From Selaginella moellendorffii (taxonomy: Eukaryota; Plantae; Lycopodiophyta), in assembly GCF_000143415.4 (NCBI RefSeq), contig NW_003314383.1, positions 1-64,000 on the forward strand: a DNA stretch of 64,000 nucleotides, given 5' to 3'. The notes under the pieces were generated by a model. It was not told where the DNA came from, did no database searches, and saw nothing but the letters and a program-made list of their open reading frames with translations. Each line of letters begins with the position of its first letter. Position 1 is the stretch's first letter. The position numbers and the translations under genes are program-made. Below, piece after piece: positions 27,601 through 37,712 of this stretch.

Positions 27601-30254
27601 CTTCCTAGGATAGGGAAGTGGATTTTGCACAATACGTGCAATGCAAGGTGTCAGACACACCTAGGAAATTAACTTTGAGAAGTTAAAATTAAAAGTTCCA
27701 AAGTATGATGGTTATATTGATAAAAGTTGAGACTAATCAAGAATGAGTAGTGGGATTGAGATAAAGAAGGTATCTCTAATGGGTTGCTTCGATTTAGCGA
27801 AAATGGAAGTTCTAAGGGAGGGAGCAATAAAGTAGCCAAATGATAGGGCCGTGAACAACCCTAGCACAAACTATAATTATGGAATTAGAATTTAGTGTTA
27901 AAGGTGGCACAAAATAGAAAAGAGGACGATAGTGCCCTCAAGTAGAGAATTTCTTAGGATGGGAAAGTGGAGTTACACAAAATGTGCAATACAATGTGTT
28001 GGAGACACCTAGGAAATTGACTCTCAGAAGTCAAAATTAAAAGTTCTAAAGTGCAAAGGTTATATCAATGGGAATTGAGACTATTCAAGAATGAGTAGTG
28101 GGATTAAGATAGAGAAGGTGTCTCTAACAGGTTTAGCGAGAACTAAACCAATAAAAGGAGAGAACCACCACAAATGGTCGAATGAGTCTCTAAGTTGGAG
28201 AGATTATGCTCCTTAAAAAATGGACAAGGCATGATGAGCTTCTGGTGTCAAACCATTAACAAATATTGGCTAAATGCCAAGGATGGAAAGGGTAATACAT
28301 GCTAATATTACTTAATAAATTAGTTTATTGTTTGATGAGGACATCAAACTTTGTCTATGAGTGGTGGAGTTGTGAGACACAAATCCCTAAGCCCCAAAGT
28401 GGAGCCGAAAGGGTGCCACATGGTAGTGGCCGAAGCGAAAGCTAAACAAGTGTAACATGTTTGGACTAAAAGCTTCAACTTGAAAAGTCGAGAGCAGGAG
28501 TGAAACTCCTAACAAAGCGCTCCAGGAACAAGCATGAAGTGAGCAATAAGTGAGTCTTTAGAAAAAGAACACAAGAGGACCAACATATGACACGTGGAAG
28601 TGTCCAAGATGGACTTGAGATGGAGTCCAAGATGGACCCAAGATGGAGTCTAAGATGGAGTCCGAGATGGACCTGAGATGGAGTCCGAGATGGACCTGAG
28701 ATAGAGTCCGAGATGGAACCAAGACCAAGACCGAGACCGAGACTGAGACCGAGTGTGAGTCTGAGTCCGAATACGAATACAAGCTGTTGGGTGAAATCCC
28801 AAAGCGATCGTCCCCCTGGGGCAGGGGGGGGCTGCAGGGGGTTCCAAAAGTATAGTAGGGAGAGTGTGGGGGTTGGACCCTAGTGGAGCCAATTTGGCCA
28901 GAAATGGCCAGTTTGGCCCAAAAAGGCTATACCCAGTTGTTGGGTGATAAGATAACCACTTGGAAGTCCAAGGCTAGAGTGAATACGGACTAACAAGCAG
29001 GATAGCTTGATGAAGTGTTCAAGAGCAAGCTTTAGTTCCCCTAGGAGATCGAATGGTCGATGCTCCCAGTCCAAGCATGGGTGGCACTACCTACTTGGAT
29101 ACCTGGCGTGGCTTAATGGAACTTCACTCTAAGCCTATGGCTAGAGCACCCAAAGGAAGAAGGTGGGGAGAGTACCCAGGAGGCTCACATAGGGCCACGA
29201 TGTTTCGAAATGTCATCCCAAAGTCCCAGACTATGGAAAGAAAGAGGAGTGTGTAAGCGACTAATTTTTCCATTCTACTTTAGTCACTTAACCACACCTT
29301 CGACCACTTGGAGGAGTCTCACTCACAACCTCCTTAAGTCCAATTCAGGACTTGGACTTGCTAGCCCCAAGAATGGCATCCATGCCACTCAACACTTGCA
29401 CCTGGTCCAAGTGCTCCACGTGTCCGGTCCCAAGACCGACACCCAAAGGTACCACTGACATCTCGGCCCGTTACGCTAAGGCCATGCCCATTCACCTTTG
29501 CTGCACTAGTGGTCCAATACCACTTGCATCACCATCCCGTCTCTCCAAGACTGGGCCATCGGTCCACGAGTGGTCATCCTAGATCCACTCCTTAGCATCC
29601 TTAGGATGCCCACAGACCTGGGGAATCGCCTTCCCCAAAGTCCCTTTGTCAATTCCTACCAAGTCCCTTTTTGCCCCTGGCCGTGTTTGCCAACACTGCC
29701 ACTGGATCGAGGCCCATAGGCCCGACCACTAAGTCCCATGGTCCTCTGGGACTTCCTCACCACACGACTGTGTCCTTGGTCACTACCCCAGAGGACTGCT
29801 CCTCTTCCTTTCCACAGTCTAGGCCTTTGGGACAACATTTCGGAACACCGTGGCCTTACGCGAGCCACCTGGGTACTCTCCCCGCCTTTCGCCTTTAGGT
29901 GCTCTAGCCATGGGCTTAGAGCGAGGTTCCGTTGAGCCACACCTGGTATCCAAGTAGGTAGTGCCACCCACACTTGGACTGGGAGCATCGGCCAGTCGAT
30001 CTCCCGGGGGAACTAGAGCCGGCTCTTGAACACTTCACCAAGCTACCCCGCTTGTCGGTCCGTGTTCACTCTAGTCTTGGACTTCCCAGTGGGCAGCTCA
30101 TCACCCAACACTGGGTCCGGCCTTCCTGGGCCAAACTGGCCTTTCATGGCCAAACTGGCTCCACTGCAGTCCTCCCCCTACTATACTTTTGGGGCTCACC
30201 AAACCCCCCAGGGTCTGGGAGATGAACGCTTTGGGCTTTCACCCTCTCAGGCTC

Positions 30255-30890
30255 CGGACTCGGACTCGGACTCGGACTCGGACTCGGACTCGGACTCAGA
30301 CTCGGATTCGGACTCGGACTCGGGCTCAGGCTCGGTCTCGGCCTCGGCCTCGGTCTCGGTCTCGGTCCCGATCTCGGTCTCGGTCTCGGTCTCGGTCCCG
30401 GTCTCGGTCCCGGTCTCGGTCTCGACTTCGGACTCCATCTCGGACTCCATCTCGGACTCCATCTCGGGTCCATCTCGGACTCCATCTCGGACTCCATTTC
30501 GGGTCCATCTCGGGTCCACCTCGGACTCCATCTCGGACTCCATCTCGGACTCCATCTCGGACTCCACTTTGGACTCCAACTCGGGTCCATCTTGGGTCCA
30601 CCTCGGACTCCACTTCGGACTCCAACTCGGGTCCATCTCGGACTCCACTTCGGACTCCAACTCGAGTCCATCTCGGACTCCACTTCGGACTCCAACTCGA
30701 GTCCATCTCGGACTCCACTTCGGACTCCAACTCGAGTCCATCTCGGACTCCACTTCGGACTCCAACTCGAGTCCATCTCGGACTCCACTTCGGACTCCAA
30801 CTCGAGTCCATCTCGGACTCCACTTCGGACTCCAACTCGAGTCCATCTCGGACTCCACTTCGGACTCCAACTCGAGTCCATTTCGGACAC
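30255..30890. repeat. Hierarchical tandem array in the 3' LTR of B: GACTCG/GTCTCG hexamers, 12-mers and 35-mers
   Basis: Direct reading. The 35-mer GACTCCACTTCGGACTCCAACTCGAGTCCATCTCG recurs at 35-bp spacing (30641, 30676 ... 30851). Confidence 0.95.
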
Positions 30891-32334
30891 TCCCACGTGT
30901 CATGTGTTGGTCCTTTTGGGTCCCTTTTTGGAGCCTTGCCTTTTGCTCGCTTCGTGCTCGTTCCTTGAGCACTTCGTTGGGAGTTCCACTCCCGCTCTTG
31001 ACTTTTCAAGTCAGAGCTTTTGGTCCAAACGTGTTACGCTCGTTTAGCTCTCGCTTCGGCCACTACCATGTGGCGCCCTTCCGGCTCCACTTTGGGGCCT
31101 AGGGATTTTGTGTCTCACAACTCCACCACCCATAGATGAAGTTCGATGTCCTCATCGAACGGTAAACCATTTTGTAAAGTAACACTCGTATGTGTTACCA
31201 TTTCCATCCTTGGCACCTAGCCAATATTTGTCAATGGTTTGACATTGAAGGCTCACCATGCCTTTTGCATATGCCTCAATGGTTTGACACCAAAGGCTCA
31301 CCATGCCTTGCCTATCCTCTAAGGAGGGTAGTCTCCCCAACTTAGAGACTGATTGGACCACAAGGAGTGGTTCTCTCCTTTTATTGGTTTAGTTCTCGCT
31401 AAACCTCTTAGAGACCCTTCTCTAAGTCAATCCCACTACTCCTTCTCGAGTAGTCTCAATTTCCATCGATATTACCTTTGCACTTTGGAACTTTGAATTT
31501 TGACTTCTTGGAGTCAATTTCCTAGGTGTCTCCGACACCTTGCCTTGCACCTTTTGTGCAACTCCACTTCCCATCCTAGGAAGTTCTCTACTCGAGGGCA
31601 CCATCATCCTCTCTTCTATTTCGTGCCAAAGTTCCAGTTATCATACTTTGTGCTAGGGCTGTTCATGGCCCTATCATTTGGCTACCTTACCGCTCCCTCC
31701 CTTGGAGCTTCCACTTTCGCCAAATCGGAGCATTTCGGAATCCCTCCTAGGAAACACACTTCCTTTCCCACAACTTGTTAGCGTCCAACACATTAGTGTT
31801 CTTCGCCTAACTTTGTCACTTGGATTCCTTCCAAGGGATTCCACGGCCCTATCTTGGCCACTCATCTTTTGCTCCTATCCGTTGATTGTTGCACCAAGCA
31901 ACATCAAATCTCTACCTCCCTCCTTGAGGTATTGTTTCGGTTCCATAGCAAAGACTCTTCTTTGCCAAGTCCAGAGGATGTTCACCCCTAGTACGTCTCT
32001 TTAGCATCTTCTGCTATGGGCTCTATCCATGGCCCAACTTCGTGACCCTCCCATGGGTCTTTTATAGAGACTACTTTCCTCGGACTCACTATGCCATCGC
32101 ACGGACATAGTTTATTTCCCTTAGGTGCTCTTCCCACTTGGTTATCACGACCAAGCCACACCACCTTAAACAGTTCAATTTTAACATTTTCAACCAGAAA
32201 CTTCATTCCTTAGCCAACCAAGGACCTTGTCCTTATCTGGCCATAAGATCACCTAGTGATCTCACCTTGGCACCTTAATAGAGTTGCCAAGAGGTACTTG
32301 GTTTTCTAGACCTCCAAGTTGTTGACTATAACCC

Positions 32335-32790
32335 CGGAGGCATCCCCCACACTTGGCGGTGCACCCAAGCTAGCCCTTACGGCCAAGGGTTCATAGCAAC
32401 TGAGATTAGGTGTCCCCATCTCACTCACCACGACCTTGGTGCCACTTGCACCAAAGTGTTCAAGTTAGATATGCTGAGCTTTCACACTAAGCAATCTAAC
32501 CGTGCATCACGACTCCGAGGCATCCCTCGCTTGGCGGTGTGCCCAAACCAGTCTCCCCACTGAGAGTCCATGACCACCGAAATATGAGTGTCCTCATATT
32601 CCAAACCATCACCACGCCCTAGTGATTTGGGACTCGAACCCAAGCACTAGAGGGTCGGGACTCGAACCCAACCTCCGTATATGCATCTACGGACGGCATC
32701 ACACTAGATGCCTGGCGTGACTCCCCACACCGGTGCACCAACCTATTTTTAAAGCGCGCTACAAATCACAGCTTAGGAACCTAGTTCCTC
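32335..32790 (-). other. Putative structured RNA domain with two tRNA T-arm/B-box motifs inside element B
   Basis: The minus strand carries adjacent hairpins, including GGTTGGG-TTCGAGT-CCCGACC and TTGGG-TTCGAGT-CCCAA, plus a duplicated ~110 nt multi-hairpin unit. A homologue lies at ~26420-26870 in A. Confidence 0.55.
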
Positions 32791-35700
32791 CACACTGCCA
32801 AGTCCTCTCACTTGACATGTCTGTGATCATGCATGGACTCCTCCATGCTCGGCCCCATGGCCCACCCTTTTTGAAGTTATCACCTTCAACTAGGGTCTTT
32901 GTTCCCCCGACGTGCCAATCTCACTTGGCAAGTCCTCCGACCATTGTAACATGGTTCCTGCATAAGCGTGAAAGTCCTTGACCATCGACTTTCGTTCAAA
33001 GCCCTCTCTTTGAACACTCGGGAACTACTTCCCTAACCTTGATAACTTTGCCTCATGGCAAGCTTCAAGACCACGCTTCTGCTGCGCCACTCTGATTTCG
33101 CGCGTTCCATGAACCATTTACACTTGGCCTTTCTAGGTACTACGCTACCTAGAATCGTCTTTGGGAACCTTGAAGGAACTCTGTCCCTCAGCTTGTTAAG
33201 GCCTCCCCTTTCGCAAGCTTTATAGTTGCCATATAGTCTAACATGGACAATTCCATATTTTAGACTCTCCATGGCATCACAGTTGCTAGCAACAACATCC
33301 TCGAGCACCCTCTTGATTCTCCACTCCCAACTTTCATAACCACTGTTGGATATGCCCTTTGATTTCTATGGTTCAATTCCATCCCAATACTACTTGCTTT
33401 TGGCTTCACACCTTTCCTTTGGTCATTCTCCTCCAGACCAGGAGGATAGCTTTGCACTTTCTATCATGCTTTAGCAAGTATTCTTAGGGATGGACCTACC
33501 CAATAGCCTAGGGAGTGGTTCCTCAATCCGGGTATGCTCACCTTATAATCCCACACACTGGGATTACATTGTTGCTTATGGGCCGTTACATGCCCATCAC
33601 TAGCCTTGCCAAAATTCCATTTTTGGCTTTGTCCAATTCGGGTAGACAGTCCTCTCCTGCCTCCGCAACCTTGGACATTTGGATAGCACCTTCTATCCAT
33701 CGTTCGCTAGGGACTTAGTCCCTTGGGCTTTATCCATTGCCCTCGCAACATCAAACACCACCTTCTGGTGTTCTAGAGTGTCCGGATGTCCCAATGATGG
33801 CTTTCTTGACAATGAGTATTTCTTTTTATGACATTGACTTACTATATCGCAACACAAGCAACTTATCCCCCGTAAGGGTATATCCAACTTCCTTATGCTA
33901 TTAAGAAGTCTTGGGTAGCTACCTTCTACCCGTTTAACCAGTTATTTTGCACCTCTTGCTTAGTTGCCTCGTAGTTGTCAAGTCCTACAACTCATTGCTT
34001 GGTGCTTTCACACCTCCATCATTATCTGGGTCACCACACTCCAACTGCATGCTCTGCAGCTTAGGCTATGCTATTCCCATTTCCATTGGGATTCCTTTGG
34101 CAAGGGGTTCTCATGAACCCACCAACATAGCCTCAAGGTATCACACCTTGGCACATTTGGTGTCTCCACACCATCGGCTCCACGAGCCTACCTCTATGAC
34201 ATTTCCCCTTCGTGTCTAAGTCTTTGCCAAGACCAACACCGCTCTTTCTCATGCCAACCATCCGTTAGCACTGCACCATAGAGGTCACACACAACTTTAT
34301 GTCAGAGTTGTTTTCTTCTGGGAACACCTTTCCCATAACTTTAGCATGGCATATTTTGCCATTGATGAGATACCCTCTGTTCTCATCCTTGGATCCTATG
34401 ATCCCCCCCCCATCCTTTGTGGGGTACAACACACATCAGTCCAAATGCTTCTATCAGTCCTTTTAGGACCATCCGCTGACTCTACTTGAGTCATCCAGCA
34501 ATTTTGGACTTGGTTAATCCACAGACCCGTAAGGTCCTACTTGTGAGGCACTAGCTCACTGGAATACACTTCTTGCATTCCTGTCCTACTCAAAAGGACT
34601 ATTTTCACAAGTGTTACTCCGACACTTGATTTTGTTCTCTGGGGGCAACCTTTGCCCCTTAGGACTACTTGTCCATGTGATGAGAATACCAACTCATCCA
34701 CTCAATACACCCCCAACTCCTTGGGTTGTTCCAGCATTTATTAGAGGTAGCCCCGGCTACCATTTCAAGGATTTGAGTCCTCTTCCGTATTTGACCTTCC
34801 ACGGTCATTACCTTTGGTCTCACATTCATGAGCACCAACCTCAACTATATGAGGATAATCTTGTGACTCCTTTATTGTTTTGGAGTCTCTATCTTTCCCG
34901 TGATCCCAACTTTAGTTGTTTACCACAACAACCTTAGCCAATTTGCTGAGACAAATGCTCATCCGGATCACATCCTCAACTCAATGAGGAAAACCTTGCA
35001 CTGTTCCCAAGATCCCAAAGTCGTTCCATTATTGGCCCTTTTCTATCCACCACTCGTCTACAAGTTCACACATGAACTGTAATGGAGAGCCATGTCTTCC
35101 CGACTTGCTACTCCTCAAGGATAGACCCACTCCTTGGACCTTCCGATGCCAACACTAGTGGTGATATACTTGAGCACCAATAAAAGTCGGACTAAGGAAC
35201 AGCTCTGATACCAAATTGTAAGTGACTAATTTTTCCATTCTACTTTAGTCACTTAACCACACCTTCGACCACTTGGAGGAGTCTCACTCACAACCTCCTT
35301 AAGTCCAATTCAGGACTTGGACTTGCTTGGCGAGGGAACTTAGCACAAGCCAAGACGGAGTTGGTCGGATAGGCGAGGTAAGCTGGCAAATTGGAAAGGA
35401 AAAATTTGTGGCTAACACAAAGGTACCACTGACATCTCGGCCCATTACGCTAAGGCCATGCCCATTCACCTTTGCTGCACTAGTGGTCCAATACCACTTG
35501 CATCACCATCCCGTCTCTCCAAAACTGGGCCATCGGTCCACGAGTGGTCATCCTAGATCCACTCCTTAGCATCCTTAGGATGCCCACAGACCTGGGGAAT
35601 CGCCTTCCCCAAAGTCCCTTTGTCAATTCCTACCAAGTCCCTTTTTGCCCCTGGCCGTGTTTGCCAACACTGCCACTGGATCGAGGCCCATAGGCCCGAC

Positions 35701-36229
35701 CACTAAGTCCCATGGTCCTCTGGGACTTCCTCACCACACGACTGTGTCCTTGGTCACTACCCCAGAGGACTGCTCCTCTTCCTTTCCACAGTCTAGGCCT
35801 TTGGGACAACATTTCGGAACACCGTGGCCTTACGCGAGCCACCTGGGTACTCTCCCCGCCTTTCGCCTTTAGGTGCTCTAGCCATGGGCTTAGAGCGAGG
35901 TTCCGTTGAGCCACACCTGGTATCCAAGTAGGTAGTGCCACCCACACTTGGACTGGGAGCATCGGCCAGTCGATCTCCCGGGGGAACTAGAGCCGGCTCT
36001 TGAACACTTCACCAAGCTACCCCGCTTGTCGGTCCGTGTTCACTCTAGTCTTGGACTTCCCAGTGGGCAGCTCATCACCCAACACTGGGTCCGGCCTTCC
36101 TGGGCCAAACTGGCCTTTCCTGGCCAAACTGGCTCCACTGCAGTCCTCCCCCTACTATACTTTTGGGGCTCACCAAACCCCCCAGGGTCTGGGAGACGAA
36201 CGCTTTGGGCTTTCACCCTCTCAGGCTCC

Positions 36230-36740
36230 GGACTCGGACTCGGACTCGGACTCGGACTCGGACTCAGACTCGGATTCGGACTCGGACTCGGGCTCAGGCT
36301 CGGTCTCGGCCTCGGCCTCGGTCTCGGTCTCGGTCCCGATCTCGGTCTTGGTCCCGGTCTCGGTCCCGGTCTCGGTCTCGACTTCGGACTCCATCTCGGA
36401 CTCCATCTCGGACTCCATCTCGGGTCCATCTCGGACTCCATCTCGGACTCCATTTCGGGTCCATCTCGGGTCCACCTCGGACTCCATCTCGGACTCCATC
36501 TCGGACTCCATCTCGGACTCCACTTCGGACTCCAACTCGGGTCCATCTCGGGTCCACCTCGGACTCCACTTCGGATTCCAACTCGGGTCCATCTCGGACT
36601 CCACTTCGGACTCCAACTCGAGTCCATCTCGGACTCCACTTCGGACTCCAACTCGAGTCCATCTCGGACTCCACTTCGGACTCCAACTCGAGTCCATCTC
36701 GGACTCCACTTCGGACTCCAACTCGAGTCCATTTCGGACA
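36230..36740. repeat. Same tandem array in the 5' LTR of B, shorter
   Basis: Same units, roughly three fewer 35-mers. Confidence 0.95.
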
Positions 36741-37120
36741 CTCCCACGTGTCATGTGTTGGTCCTTTTGGGTCCCTTTTTGGAGCCTTGCCTTTTGCTCG
36801 CTTCGTGCTCGTTCCTCGAGCACTTCGTTGGGAGTTCCACTCCCGCTCTTGACTTTTCAAGTCGGAGCTTTTGGTCCAAACGTGTTACGCTCGTTTGGCT
36901 CTCGCTTCGGCCACTATCATGTGGCGCCCTTCCGGCTCCACTTTGGGGCCTAGGGATTTTGTGTCTCACAGAGTGTAGTGACCAAGGATATGGTCATGTG
37001 GTGATGAAGTCCTAGAGGACAATGGGACTTAGTGGTCAAGCCTATAGGTGTTGTCCCAGTGGCAGTGTTGGCGAACATGGCCATGGATAGAAAAGGGACT
37101 TGGTGGGGACTGTAAAAAGG

Positions 37121-37712
37121 TGTAAGCAACCAAAGGGAACGACTTGAGAGACGGTCCATGGGGTTCAAATATAGAGGGAAAGGGCCCATGAATAAGAGTG
37201 CACCCCCTTTTCCAATCGGTTAAGGGTCTTGGGATAGTTGGAGTTAAGCGTCCTTGGGTTTGAATAGTACTGGGCTGGGTGACCTCCCGGGAAGTCCAAA
37301 CTTAGGAGCTTACATTTGGTATCAGAGGGGTCTCGGGTCCGACTCTGTTGGTTGGCTAGGGGAATCGCACCATATGTTAATTGACATCTGGCTGGTCCAG
37401 TTTGCTCCGCTGGGCTCGACCCGAGGGGTAGGGTGTCAAGAGAGCGGGGCTCTTGGGAGAGTTGCGGCTCTCAGCTTCTGTTCACGAGGGCATGAACTTG
37501 CAGGGAAGCGTGGTGGATTGTAAGCAACCAAAGGGAACGACTTGAGAGACGGTCCATGGGGTTCAAATATAGAGGGAAAGGGCCCATGAATAAGAGTGCA
37601 CCCCCTTTTCCAATCGGTTAAGGGTCTTGGGATAGTTGGAGTTAAGCGTCCTTAGGTTTGAATAGTACTGGGCTGGGTGACCTCCCGGGAAGTCCAAACT
37701 TAGGAGCTTACA
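37121..37712 (+). mobile_element. Cassandra-type TRIM, intact and very young
   Basis: 194-bp LTRs 37121-37314 and 37519-37712 with one visible mismatch; PBS TGGTATCAGAG; PPT AGGGAAGCGTGGTGGA; perfect TSD AAAGG. Each LTR carries a 5S rRNA-like segment. Confidence 0.95.
37241..37297 (+). promoter_or_regulatory. 5S rRNA-derived Pol III internal control region in the Cassandra LTR (second copy ~37639-37695)
   Basis: GAGTTAAGCGtccTTGGGtttGAaTAGTACTgGGcTGGGTGACCTCCcGGGAAGTCC matches the A-box to C-box part of plant 5S rRNA as I recall it. Confidence 0.9.

Larger units (their letters stand above)
29252..36970 (-). mobile_element. Element B: young, structurally intact non-autonomous (LARD-like) LTR retrotransposon
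   Basis: LTRs 29252-31119 (3') and 35217-36970 (5') are nearly identical with TG..CA ends and a perfect TSD GAGTG. PBS TGGTATCAGAGC (tRNA-iMet) at ~35202-35213 on the minus strand; PPT at ~31120-31131. The 4.1 kb internal region has no ORF longer than about 110 aa. Confidence 0.95.

Noticed and set aside
30600-30890. 35-bp periodic repeat as a CRISPR array
   Set aside because: Units are contiguous with no unique spacers, there are no cas genes, and the context is a eukaryotic LTR.
30026-31102. Long overlapping ORFs rich in SD/RT/ES/PR (also 35948-37015 and 23174-23770) resembling Sdr adhesins or SR proteins
   Set aside because: They are stop-free translations of the tandem array within LTRs, open in many frames on both strands.
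32617-32673. tRNA genes
   Set aside because: T-arms only; no acceptor stem, D-arm and anticodon arm could be built into a cloverleaf.
37241-37297. 5S rRNA genes
   Set aside because: Only ~57 nt of the internal part is present, embedded in TRIM LTRs, without 5S termini or an oligo-T terminator.
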